IMG/VR virus record: IMGVR_UViG_3300032284_000958 | Location: 1 to 56,663 of that record | Strand: one strand, 5' to 3' | DNA: 56,663 bases | From: a virus | Lineage: Duplodnaviria; Caudoviricetes | Part shown: positions 19,203 through 28,016 of the stretch, one piece after another | Layout: every line of letters starts with the position of its first letter | Position numbering within the stretch: position 1 is the stretch's first letter | The notes under the pieces: generated by a model | Database searches by the model: none | Told to the model about the DNA's origin: nothing | What the model saw: only the letters and a program-made list of their open reading frames with translations | Made by a program: the position numbers and the translations under genes

Positions 19203-19434
19203 TCCCGATGATTATGATATTGAAATTACCGATGACGAGGTTGCATACCTTATTATGAAATATCTGTCCGACCAAAAGAAGTTGGGCAGGAATATAGTCC
19301 CAATGCGGGAAGTTTATCAATATCTAGAATGTGATCTTCCAGACGATCTAGAAAACGAGTTTATGGTAATTCGTGATGAAATTGCTGATCAGCTAGCCGA
19401 AGAAGATGCCAAGCGCCGTCTTCTTCTAAATTAA
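19192..19434 (+). CDS. Hypothetical acidic protein
   Basis: Operon context. Confidence 0.6.
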   Translation: MITNPDDYDIEITDDEVAYLIMKYLSDQKKLGRNIVPMREVYQYLECDLPDDLENEFMVIRDEIADQLAEEDAKRRLLLN

Positions 19435-19497
19435 ACTTTGACACGGGTGGTAAATATGTTATATTGGATTTATCAATTGGTGTTAGGAGAACACAAC

Positions 19498-19785
19498 ATG
19501 CGTAAAATTGCAGCAACTTTTGCAGTCCTTGGTTCATTATTGGTGGCAACCGCTGCCCAAGCCGATGGATATTATTACCATCATCATAATCACTATTATA
19601 ACGGCGGTGGTGGCGGTGGTGCATTGATTGGTGGCCTCATCGGCGGTATGATCATCGGTGGCATGTTAGCTCAGCCTCGTTATGAACAACCACGCTATTA
19701 TGAAGAAGAAGTTCCAGTTTGCCATCGTGAGTTTCGTGGATATGACTACTATGGTCGCCCTGTTTATATCAAGGTTTGCGAATAA
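19498..19785 (+). CDS. Small exported Gly/Tyr-rich protein
   Basis: AGGAG RBS and its own promoter (TTGACA at 19438); signal peptide ending AQA; GALIGGLIGGMIIGG glycine zipper; two C-terminal Cys. Confidence 0.75.
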   Translation: MRKIAATFAVLGSLLVATAAQADGYYYHHHNHYYNGGGGGGALIGGLIGGMIIGGMLAQPRYEQPRYYEEEVPVCHREFRGYDYYGRPVYIKVCE

Positions 19786-20204
19786 TGCCGTATATGGATG
19801 GAATAGTTGATATGTGGGATTTATTAAAAAACCTAGCAAAAAAATCAAAACCTGTAAAAGAGAAGCCAAAAACTCCTCGTAAACCTCGTGCAAAAAAAGC
19901 TAACGCAGAAGCTAAAGTTGAAGCAGCCGAACCTAAAGTTTCCGTAATAAATGTTGGATTTGATAAAAACAATCCACGTGTAGGTGACCTTGAACTTGAA
20001 TGGAATGCAGAGTTTATCGCATTGCTTTCAAAGCATGGGTATCAGGGAAATACCGACGAAGACAAAGTTGATGCATGGTTGAACGACATTTGTCGGACAA
20101 TTTTATCAAATAACCCTCCTGATATTGGTCTTGCAAATCTTGAAGGAAATAATCGGTATATTAGTCGAACCAATCTTGGCGACGGAAAAACCGAAGTAAA
20201 ATAA
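19785..20204 (+). CDS. Hypothetical protein
   Basis: Long ORF; start uncertain (19785 or 19812). Confidence 0.65.
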   Translation: MPYMDGIVDMWDLLKNLAKKSKPVKEKPKTPRKPRAKKANAEAKVEAAEPKVSVINVGFDKNNPRVGDLELEWNAEFIALLSKHGYQGNTDEDKVDAWLNDICRTILSNNPPDIGLANLEGNNRYISRTNLGDGKTEVK

Positions 20205-20207
20205 CCC

Positions 20208-20236
20208 TTGACATTCCTCTAATAAGAGATTATATT
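20208..20236 (+). promoter_or_regulatory. Sigma70-like promoter, probably yielding a leaderless mRNA
   Basis: TTGACA-N17-TATATT, with the ATG 6 nt after the -10 box and no RBS. Confidence 0.6.
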
Positions 20237-20242
20237 AGTCAC

Positions 20243-21244
20243 ATGAAATATCTTCTTATAGATACCGCTAACCTATTTGCACGTGCACGTCATAGCACAC
20301 CAGGTGGAGCAGATACTTGGCAAAAAATTGGTTTAGCATTACATATTATGCTTAATTCAGTGATGAAAGTTCATCGTCTGTATAAACCAGATCACGTTAT
20401 TTTTGCACTTGAAAGTCGTAGCTGGCGCAAGGATCATACTGGTACATATAAAGCAAATCGTGCTGTTACAAAAGCTAAAATGACTGTTCGTGAACTTGAA
20501 GAAGATAAAGAGTTTTGGGAAGTGTATGAGCAGTTTACAAATTGGCTCAATGAACGCACTAATTGCACTGTTATTAAAGTTGCTGCCGCAGAAGCAGATG
20601 ACATTATTGCTCGTTGGACTGCACTTCATCCCAACGATGAACATATTATCTTGTCCAATGACACTGATTTTTATCAACTCCTTAGTGAAAATGTTACTAT
20701 CTACAATGGCATGACAAATAACTTTATCACTACTACTGGGTTTTTTGACGATAAGGGAAAACCCGTTGTTGATAAAAAGACAAATGAACACAAAACTGTT
20801 GGAGACCCTAAGTTTGTGCTATTTGAAAAATGTATGCGTGGTGATCCAACTGACCATATTATGAGTGCGTATCCAGGTGTTCGCACCAAGGGTAGCACTA
20901 AAAAAGTTGGATTAATTGAAGCCTATGCTGACCGTGAAAAACGTGGTTGGGCATGGAATAACATGATGCTTCAGCGTTGGGTTGACCACAATGGTGTCGA
21001 GCATCGTGTGCTTGACCGTTATGAAGAAAACCGTGTGTTAGTTGATCTTACTGCACAACCAAGTGAAATCCGTGATGCAATAGATGCTGCGCTTGTTGCA
21101 GTAACACCTAAATCCAATTCTCAAATTGGAACACATCTTATTAAGTTTTGTAGTAAGTATGAACTTAATAAGATGCTTGAAAATGTAAATCATCTTGCTG
21201 AAGTTCTTAGTCTTAGTCTACCAAAGGAGACAATCAATGAATAA
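20243..21244 (+). CDS. rnh: T4-type RNase H / 5'-3' flap exonuclease
   Basis: LLIDTAN, SWRK, YKANR, EADDII, SNDTDFYQL, GDPTDHI. Confidence 0.9.
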   Translation: MKYLLIDTANLFARARHSTPGGADTWQKIGLALHIMLNSVMKVHRLYKPDHVIFALESRSWRKDHTGTYKANRAVTKAKMTVRELEEDKEFWEVYEQFTNWLNERTNCTVIKVAAAEADDIIARWTALHPNDEHIILSNDTDFYQLLSENVTIYNGMTNNFITTTGFFDDKGKPVVDKKTNEHKTVGDPKFVLFEKCMRGDPTDHIMSAYPGVRTKGSTKKVGLIEAYADREKRGWAWNNMMLQRWVDHNGVEHRVLDRYEENRVLVDLTAQPSEIRDAIDAALVAVTPKSNSQIGTHLIKFCSKYELNKMLENVNHLAEVLSLSLPKETINE

Positions 21245-21449
21245 ACTTGTTACCTATTTTTCTAAATATTTCCCATATGTCGTATTAGCGGCATTTATCG
21301 GGGATATCTATGTGTTCTGGCACGTTGATCAAGATCGTGTTCTTATGGATATTGCTGGTGCTATTGGATGGGCAAGTTTCATTGAAGTCAGAAAAGATTA
21401 CGATAGTCTTCTTACTATGATTGAAGGAAAAACTAAACATGACGCTTAA
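21237..21449 (+). CDS. Small membrane protein
   Basis: AAGGAG RBS; two hydrophobic segments. Confidence 0.65.
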   Translation: MNKLVTYFSKYFPYVVLAAFIGDIYVFWHVDQDRVLMDIAGAIGWASFIEVRKDYDSLLTMIEGKTKHDA

Positions 21450-21918
21450 GGCAAAAAACATTGTTGAAAATCGTTTTTGGATTATTGAAAACGACAAAGG
21501 TGAACGTATTGGTAACATTGCACAGACTAGCAATGGTGTTCGCTGCACAGTAAGTGATATGGTAGAAGTGTTTCCATCTCTAGATGAAATGGTTGCACGT
21601 AAGGGTATTACTATTGCACGTAAGACACGTGAAGCTAAGATTACTAACATTCCTGAAACGGATGTTTATGGATATTCGACCAATCATACGCCACATAATA
21701 AAATGTGGAATGTACAGTTGAAGTTGCCCCTTTATACTAAAAATGAAAAGAGCAGCAGTTATTTCTGTGCAGGATATTATATTATTAAGTTTGACAAGTC
21801 TTGGTCACGTGTCTTTACGCCAAAACTTATTACACTCCAACGATATGAATATGAAGGTCCATTCAAAACAAAGATAGAACAAGCTGAAAGGTTTAAACAA
21901 CTACATGAGACAGCCTAG
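21439..21918 (+). CDS. Hypothetical protein
   Basis: GAAGGA RBS; about 160 aa. Confidence 0.7.
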   Translation: MTLKAKNIVENRFWIIENDKGERIGNIAQTSNGVRCTVSDMVEVFPSLDEMVARKGITIARKTREAKITNIPETDVYGYSTNHTPHNKMWNVQLKLPLYTKNEKSSSYFCAGYYIIKFDKSWSRVFTPKLITLQRYEYEGPFKTKIEQAERFKQLHETA

Positions 21919-22129
21919 TACATATCATATTAGAGAGTTCATCAACCGTGGTGAAAACGTTTCTGGAAACGGATTGATTGTCCAAAAAGAAACAGTTGCA
22001 AATGTTACAAGAGAACTTGCTGATTTATTGGCATTTACACTTGAACTTCAAAATGAAATTGCTGATTTGAAAGAACAAGCTGAAAAAAATCAAATTACGG
22101 ATGTTGAACTTATTGGTAAAGATTTTTAA
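21905..22129 (+). CDS. Hypothetical coiled-coil protein
   Basis: Overlapping ORF. Confidence 0.6.
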   Translation: MRQPSTYHIREFINRGENVSGNGLIVQKETVANVTRELADLLAFTLELQNEIADLKEQAEKNQITDVELIGKDF

Positions 22130-22171
22130 CCCATTTTTATGAAGATAAATAATTCATAAGAATAATCAATT

Positions 22172-22477
22172 ATGTCCAGACCAAAGCCACAGATACTAAT
22201 CGAAGTAACTAATAAAACTACATATAAGTCTGACCAAGTTTTGGCCAGCGAAGGCATTTGGGCAATTTATCTTGACAATAAACCCATAAACCTTAAAACT
22301 ACCAGTTTATTAGCACAGTATCCTGGACCAAAATATCGCAAAACAAGTTTCTCAAATCCTGGCCACGCAATTAATCTATGCAAGAAACTCAATGCACAGT
22401 TCAAAACAACCCGCTTTAGCGTTGTCTTGCTCAACAGTGGAACTCCAGTTTTCCCAAAAAATGAAAAGCAAGGATGA
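22172..22477 (+). CDS. Hypothetical protein
   Basis: TAAATA at 22146 upstream; MSRPKP...YRKTSFSNPGHA. Confidence 0.7.
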   Translation: MSRPKPQILIEVTNKTTYKSDQVLASEGIWAIYLDNKPINLKTTSLLAQYPGPKYRKTSFSNPGHAINLCKKLNAQFKTTRFSVVLLNSGTPVFPKNEKQG

Positions 22478-22832
22478 GTGGACGCTAGAGTTATATCAAT
22501 TATATGCCAGTAGTCGCAGTGACTTACGTAAAATTCACACCGATGTTAATATATTATTTTGGTATAATCTTAGCAAAACTCAAGGATTGAGGCTAACACC
22601 TCTAGGATTTGATTTGATGCGTGAGGCGGGTTATAAGTTTTATGAAAATCCTATAGATGTTAAAAAATATCCTATAAATGGTAGGGAATTAGTCCTAATG
22701 GACCGATACCATCCTCACCCATGGTTTCACCTTACTGGCAAGGGGAGTTTATTCCTAACCGATGGGGAGTTATCCACAATCCTTGCCATGTGTGAGAATA
22801 ATTTATTGCAAGCAATTCAATTTTTAGGTTGA
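22461..22832 (+). CDS. Hypothetical protein
   Basis: ATG at 22461 overlaps the previous gene. Confidence 0.65.
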   Translation: MKSKDEWTLELYQLYASSRSDLRKIHTDVNILFWYNLSKTQGLRLTPLGFDLMREAGYKFYENPIDVKKYPINGRELVLMDRYHPHPWFHLTGKGSLFLTDGELSTILAMCENNLLQAIQFLG

Positions 22833-22877
22833 CAAGCTATATAAGTGTGATATTATCACCTTATGTTGATGGAGACG
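22829..22877 (+). promoter_or_regulatory. Early promoter and TGATGGAGA leader/RBS
   Basis: TTGACA-N16-TATTAT with a TG extension; TTGATGGAGACG. Confidence 0.7.
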
Positions 22878-22881
22878 AGAA

Positions 22882-23004
22882 ATGCGTAGTGCTTATGCAA
22901 AATCCCTTGCTGACGCAAAATACCGTCAGCGTGTAGTAAAAGCCCGTAAGGGTAAAGGTTCATATTCCCGTAAAACTAGCAAGAAAGACCAATCAAATGG
23001 CTGA
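22882..23004 (+). CDS. ArfA-like alternative ribosome-rescue peptide (40 aa, absent from the ORF track)
   Basis: MRSAYAKSLADAKYRQRVVKARKGKGSYSRKTSKKDQSNG* contains the ArfA signature (F/Y)RQRV...KGKGSY.RK. It has its own promoter and RBS. Confidence 0.7.
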   Translation: MRSAYAKSLADAKYRQRVVKARKGKGSYSRKTSKKDQSNG

Positions 23005-23677
23005 TTTTCCCTTTGTAGACGTTATTGCTGCCTCATGTGCTGCCCTTCGTGTCAATGGTCGTTATATTAAACGCCATGAAGGCGGAGAGGGCGAACTCAG
23101 TAATAATGTTGTTCTAAAGTACATTCTTGACCCTGCCTCATTCTCTACTGGCAGTGCAGAGATTCCAGAAAAGTATATTGGTCAAACAGTTACTGATGCT
23201 GATCTTGCGGAAGCAAGTGCAATTGTTCAGTATCTTGACCATCAGATGCTTGAACTGATTGCAGGTAATCTTCAGGATTACTGGAAAAACCTTGTTCTTC
23301 TTACTGAACGTAAGACGATTTCTTCTACCGATTACCGTACTCTTGCGCTGGTTGCAAGTGTTCCTTCCTCATATAAAAATGCTATGGCACGTGAAACTGC
23401 TATTGACAAAATTAACACTTTGAGCCAGAATAGCAAGTGGATTGGTAAGATTGGTGACAATTTTCCGCAACAGAATGTGGAAATCATCAGCAGCGTGTTC
23501 AGTGCCACATACAATAAGTGGTTCTATACAGCACTTACCGCTGACAAGAATATCATCAAGTTTCCCCATGCCCAAGCTATGGGCACTGGTGATACCCTTG
23601 AACTGTCAGGGCGTGTATATAAGCACGATGAAAATAACACGACTCGCCTTCATTATGTTCGTGTAAAAAAAATCTAA
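22997..23677 (+). CDS. Hypothetical early protein with a possible C-terminal OB fold
   Basis: WIGKIGD...LELSGRVYKH...TRLHYVR beta-strand pattern. Confidence 0.7.
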   Translation: MADFPFVDVIAASCAALRVNGRYIKRHEGGEGELSNNVVLKYILDPASFSTGSAEIPEKYIGQTVTDADLAEASAIVQYLDHQMLELIAGNLQDYWKNLVLLTERKTISSTDYRTLALVASVPSSYKNAMARETAIDKINTLSQNSKWIGKIGDNFPQQNVEIISSVFSATYNKWFYTALTADKNIIKFPHAQAMGTGDTLELSGRVYKHDENNTTRLHYVRVKKI

Positions 23678-23694
23678 AAAAGATAAAAAAGTTC

Positions 23695-23746
23695 TTGACA
23701 CCATATAATGGTGTGGTATTATCTCAATATAGTCAACTGATGGAGA
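23695..23746 (+). promoter_or_regulatory. Early promoter and TGATGGAGA leader/RBS
   Basis: A-rich UP element, TTGACA-N16-TATTAT, CTGATGGAGA. Confidence 0.7.
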
Positions 23747-23752
23747 AAACAA

Positions 23753-24883
23753 ATGGCTAAGAATACCGATGCCGCACTCTCTGAAGTGCGTTCTGTCACC
23801 CTCGCTGCTGCTAAGCGTGAGATTATGGTTTGCGTTCGTCGCAAACGTCCTGTGTTCCTGTGGGGTGCTCCAGGTATCGGCAAGTCCGAACTGGTTGCAG
23901 GTCTCTGCGATAGCATGGGTGGCAAGTTGTATGACCTTCGTCTTGCACTTATGGACCCTTCCGATTTGAAGGGTGTTCTCTACTACAATCCTGTTGCAGG
24001 TTCTGCAATGTGGAACCAGCCGCCAGACCTTCCTACGAAAGAGGAAGCTGCCAAGTATCCGATTGTGTTCTTGTTCCTCGACGAAATGAACTCGGCTGCT
24101 CCTGCAACACAGGCTGCTGCTTACCAGTTGGTTCTTAACCGTCGTGTCGGTACATATGAACTGCCTGATAACGTTGTTATCGTTGCCGCAGGTAACCGTG
24201 ATACTGACCGTGGTGTTGTGTATCGTATGCCTTCCCCGCTTGCCAACCGTTTTGTTCACTTGAACTTGCGTGTTGACTTCGAGTCGTGGAACGAATGGGC
24301 ACTCAACAACAAGATCAATCCTGACGTTGTTGCCTATGTTACGTGCAATAAGAACGATCTGTTCAACTTCGATCCTCGTTCTTCTGGTACGGCATTCGCT
24401 ACGCCTCGTTCGTGGTCGTTCGTTTCGGAACTTCTGCAAGAAGACCTTAACGATGTCGAACTCAATGACCTTGTGTCAGGTACGGTTGGTGAGGGAATTG
24501 CTCTCAAGTTTGCTGCACACCGCAAGGTTGCATCGCAGATGCCTAACCCGTCTGACATTCTGGCAGGTAAGGTTAAGGAACTCCGCACTAAGGAAATTGG
24601 TGCAAAGTACTCCTTGACGGTTTCTATCTGCTACGAACTCAAGGACAGCTACGATAAGTTTGGCGGTGATCGTATGAAGGACGCTGACAATACCCAGTGG
24701 CATGGTGAACTGGACAACGTGTTCCGCTTCTTCTTGGATAACATGGATACTGAACTTCAGGTCATGATGCTCGCTACTATCCTGCGTAACTACAAGTTGC
24801 CTATGAAGGCTAGCAAGCTGACGAACTACAAGGAATATCACGCTAAGAATGGCGACTTCATTCTTAGTGCGGTGCGGGACTAA
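23753..24883 (+). CDS. MoxR-like AAA+ ATPase
   Basis: Walker A GAPGIGKS, Walker B LFLDE, AAGN, LANRF, TPRSW. Confidence 0.92.
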   Translation: MAKNTDAALSEVRSVTLAAAKREIMVCVRRKRPVFLWGAPGIGKSELVAGLCDSMGGKLYDLRLALMDPSDLKGVLYYNPVAGSAMWNQPPDLPTKEEAAKYPIVFLFLDEMNSAAPATQAAAYQLVLNRRVGTYELPDNVVIVAAGNRDTDRGVVYRMPSPLANRFVHLNLRVDFESWNEWALNNKINPDVVAYVTCNKNDLFNFDPRSSGTAFATPRSWSFVSELLQEDLNDVELNDLVSGTVGEGIALKFAAHRKVASQMPNPSDILAGKVKELRTKEIGAKYSLTVSICYELKDSYDKFGGDRMKDADNTQWHGELDNVFRFFLDNMDTELQVMMLATILRNYKLPMKASKLTNYKEYHAKNGDFILSAVRD

Positions 24884-24920
24884 TCTCGCCCTACCCGTCT
24901 CCATCCGTTAGGGGGCGAGA
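24884..24920 (+). ncRNA. Candidate 3'-UTR stem-loop/sRNA with an anti-RBS loop
   Basis: Stem TCTCGCCC (24884-91) / GGGCGAGA (24913-20). The loop contains CGTCTCCATC, the reverse complement of GATGGAGACG. Confidence 0.45.
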
Positions 24921-24926
24921 GCAACG

Positions 24927-24964
24927 CAGCAGGGTAGACCGTGAATCTACCCTGCTGTTTTTTA
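24927..24964 (+). terminator. Rho-independent terminator
   Basis: CAGCAGGGTAGA-ccgtgaa-TCTACCCTGCTG followed by TTTTTTT. Confidence 0.9.
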
Positions 24965-24977
24965 TAGGAATTATATA

Positions 24978-25709
24978 ATGGCATATTTTATAACTGGTGC
25001 AGGACATTTAAACGGGCTTGGTGGTGCGCTAGCACTGCATCTGCTTGAATGTGGCAAGAATGTTGTTATTAATGGTAGAAACATCGATGACAAATGGTAT
25101 GAATATAAAATGGCATATGCAGATAGATTGCATATTGTTGTAGGTGATATTACTGATCCCGAAATCCAAGAACTTTTTATCAACGAAGCATATACTCTTG
25201 GTGGTATGGATGCCCTAATCAATAATGCCAGTAGCATCGAAAGCGACCCTCGCAATCGTGACGATTGGCAAAATGATTATTTGATAAATGTTATTGTTCC
25301 GTATGAATTGAGTTGGAAGGCTAGGTTGCATTTATCTAAAACAAAAGGGTGTATTGTCAATATTGGGAGCAGAGCAGGATTACAAGTTACGAATGAGGGC
25401 GGAAATGTTCCATACAGTATAGCAAAAGCTGCATTACATCATCTTACAATAACATTAGCATCGCAATTTCATTTTGATCCAGTTAGAGTAAATGCTATTG
25501 CACCTGGTATGTTTGAAAGTGACCGATTAAAGATAAAATTTGCTGGCGATTACTCTGATAATGAACAACGTTTTTTTAAAAAATCTATCATAAAAGATAG
25601 AATAACACATGAAGAATTGGTAAAATCTGTCATGTTTTTGATAGAAAATAAGAATATTACAGGCCAAATCTTACCAATTTGTAATGGTGCGTCGATAAAT
25701 CGTGCATAA
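24978..25709 (+). CDS. Short-chain dehydrogenase/reductase (SDR)
   Basis: ITGA...GLG, LINNAS, IVNIGS, YSIAK (YxxxK), RVNAIAPG, ITGQ. Confidence 0.9.
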   Translation: MAYFITGAGHLNGLGGALALHLLECGKNVVINGRNIDDKWYEYKMAYADRLHIVVGDITDPEIQELFINEAYTLGGMDALINNASSIESDPRNRDDWQNDYLINVIVPYELSWKARLHLSKTKGCIVNIGSRAGLQVTNEGGNVPYSIAKAALHHLTITLASQFHFDPVRVNAIAPGMFESDRLKIKFAGDYSDNEQRFFKKSIIKDRITHEELVKSVMFLIENKNITGQILPICNGASINRA

Positions 25710-25716
25710 AAAATGC

Positions 25717-25762
25717 TTGACATAACCGATATATATGGTAATATTGGTTATATTGATGGAGA
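25717..25762 (+). promoter_or_regulatory. Early promoter and TGATGGAGA leader/RBS
   Basis: TTGACA-N16-TAATAT, TTGATGGAGA. Confidence 0.7.
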
Positions 25763-25768
25763 ACTAAT

Positions 25769-27031
25769 ATGGCTAAAAAATCGTCTAATCCAGCTATCAA
25801 GCTGAGCGAAACAATCGATCCTGTGGCAGATGCCAAGGCTCGTGAAAACATCCTTAAAGCACGTATTGCGCTTGTGCTCAAACAGCCGTTTTTCGGCAAT
25901 CTTGCTATGCGTCTTAAATTGGTAAATGCCGATAGCTGGCTTACCACGGCGGCTACAGATGGTCGTCACTTCTATTACAATTCCTCGTTCATCAATCTGC
26001 TTGACACTCAACAGAACCTGTTCTTGTTCTGCCATGAGTTGCTTCACTGTGCATATGACCATATGAGCCGTGGTATCGGCAAACAGAAAGATATTGCCAA
26101 TATTGCCATGGATTATGTAGTCAATGCCGATTGTCTCAAGTATGGTCTTGGTAAGAAAATCACGGTTGTTCCTATCCTGTATGACCGCAAGTATGAAGAT
26201 TGGAACTTTGAACAGGTGTATGAAGACCTGATCAAGAATGCAACCAAAATTAACATGGATGACCTTCTTGACCAACTTCTTGATGACCATCTTGATAACA
26301 ATAAAGATGAAAAAGATGGTAATGGCGATAAGAAAGATGGCAAGGGTAATGGTCGCCCATCGTTGTCGCCAGAAGAACGTCAGGCTATCCGTGATGAGTT
26401 CAAGGAAGCTATGCTTGCTGCTGCTCAAAGTGCAGGTGCTGGGAACGTCCCAGGAAACATCAAGCGTATGATCAACGAACTGACCAACCCTAAAATCAAT
26501 TGGCGTGAGTTGATTACTCAACAAATCCAGTCTACTGTTAAAAACGATTACACATGGACTGTGCCTAACAAGAAGCATTTTTCTAACGGATTTGTGCTTC
26601 CTAACATGCGTAAGGATCAGGCTATTGATGTTTGCTGTGCAATTGATACCAGTGGTTCTATCTCACAGGAACAAGTAACTGAGTTCGTAAGTGAGATTGC
26701 AGGTATCATGCAGACTTTTGATGATTACAAAGTCAAAGTATGGTGCTTTGATACCTCTGTCCACAATGCGGCAGACTATGACATTGGCAATGGTCACGAA
26801 ATTGCCGCATATGAAATGGGTGGTGGTGGCGGTACTGACTTTGACGCTAACTGGCAGTGGATGAAATACGAAGACATTACACCAAAAATGCTCATCGTAT
26901 TTACTGATGGTGAACCATACGGTTCATGGGGTGATGAAAACTATTGCGATACCGTATGGATCATCCACAACCGTTATCGCAAGGATATTGTCCCACCATT
27001 TGGTGTAAGTGCATACTACGACGAAGCATAA
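25769..27031 (+). CDS. DUF2201-type HExxH metallopeptidase-like plus vWA-domain protein (MoxR partner)
   Basis: TAATDG, HELLH, NIAMD, MIDAS motif DTSGS, GGGGTDF, FTDG. Confidence 0.88.
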   Translation: MAKKSSNPAIKLSETIDPVADAKARENILKARIALVLKQPFFGNLAMRLKLVNADSWLTTAATDGRHFYYNSSFINLLDTQQNLFLFCHELLHCAYDHMSRGIGKQKDIANIAMDYVVNADCLKYGLGKKITVVPILYDRKYEDWNFEQVYEDLIKNATKINMDDLLDQLLDDHLDNNKDEKDGNGDKKDGKGNGRPSLSPEERQAIRDEFKEAMLAAAQSAGAGNVPGNIKRMINELTNPKINWRELITQQIQSTVKNDYTWTVPNKKHFSNGFVLPNMRKDQAIDVCCAIDTSGSISQEQVTEFVSEIAGIMQTFDDYKVKVWCFDTSVHNAADYDIGNGHEIAAYEMGGGGGTDFDANWQWMKYEDITPKMLIVFTDGEPYGSWGDENYCDTVWIIHNRYRKDIVPPFGVSAYYDEA

Positions 27032-27037
27032 CAATCA

Positions 27038-27067
27038 TGGCGGGGGTAAAACCTCGCCAATTTTTTT
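27038..27067 (+). terminator. Rho-independent terminator
   Basis: TGGCGGGG...CCTCGCCA hairpin followed by a T-tract. Confidence 0.75.
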
Positions 27068-27114
27068 ATCATAATTTTATTATTATTAAATACATATATA
27101 ATGGAGAAAAACCA

Positions 27115-27354
27115 ATGAGTGAAGAAGTTAATAGTCAAATCACTGATTCAGTGACCCAAACACCAGCGCCAAATATTACTATTGCAGATATCGCATTTCT
27201 TGTACAGATTGTAGAAGTATGCAGTCAGCGTGGTGCATTTCGTGCAGAAGAACTAACCAATGTTGGTGCAGTTTATGATAGAGTAAAAGCATTTATCGTC
27301 GCTAATACTCCAGCACCACAAGCTAATGACGATACAACAGAGGAATCAGAATAA
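27115..27354 (+). CDS. Hypothetical protein
   Basis: TAAATA at 27087 and a GGAG RBS; CSQRGAFRAEEL. Confidence 0.75.
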   Translation: MSEEVNSQITDSVTQTPAPNITIADIAFLVQIVEVCSQRGAFRAEELTNVGAVYDRVKAFIVANTPAPQANDDTTEESE

Positions 27355-28016
27355 TGAGTTTTTTCAAGCACGTTGGTAAAGTCAACGGAAAGAAAGTTAT
27401 TATTGTACAGAGACATCTGCCAGGTGAAGAACACATGGCAGTTGTTATTTACAGTGATATTATGCCAAGTAAGTATCATGATGATGTTATGCAGCTACTA
27501 GAAAGCGAAGGCGGACAGCAAGCATTTGAGTTTCGTGATATGCTAGAACGTCGTATGATGAGTGATGGACAAAATATGCTTTCAGCACTTAGTCAAGAAG
27601 GTTACTTGAAGCGTGTTGCTGCTAACAATGTTATGGTAACGCCAAACAGCAAGAGCAGTATGCGTCTTGATGAACTTAATGCACTTCTTAATACTGTAGG
27701 CAAGGGTGAAGAAGCGGTAAAGCGTCTTGATCGTATGGAAGCCAATCAAGGTATGAGCGACCCTGCAAAGCGCAGCGTTGACTCTGATACTATTAGCTTA
27801 GATACCATGAATGGTTTACAATCAGCACCAGTTGCACCTGCGGTGGCTGCACCTACAGCAGCACCAATTGACCAAACTGCACTTATGATGCAAATGATGC
27901 AGACTATGCAAGCGATGCAGCAGCAGCTTAATGACATGAAGGCACCAAAGGTACCAAAGGCAACAACAATACCAAAGAATAATGCAAAAGTAGCCAAGAC
28001 AAAAACAAGTGCATAA
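27354..28016 (+). CDS. Hypothetical protein
   Basis: TAATG coupling; low-complexity M/Q tail. Confidence 0.75.
   Translation: MSFFKHVGKVNGKKVIIVQRHLPGEEHMAVVIYSDIMPSKYHDDVMQLLESEGGQQAFEFRDMLERRMMSDGQNMLSALSQEGYLKRVAANNVMVTPNSKSSMRLDELNALLNTVGKGEEAVKRLDRMEANQGMSDPAKRSVDSDTISLDTMNGLQSAPVAPAVAAPTAAPIDQTALMMQMMQTMQAMQQQLNDMKAPKVPKATTIPKNNAKVAKTKTSA

Noticed and set aside
27830-27940. M/Q-rich low-complexity stretch as a precursor peptide or repeat element
   Set aside because: It is an ordinary low-complexity tail inside a CDS, far from the radical SAM operon.
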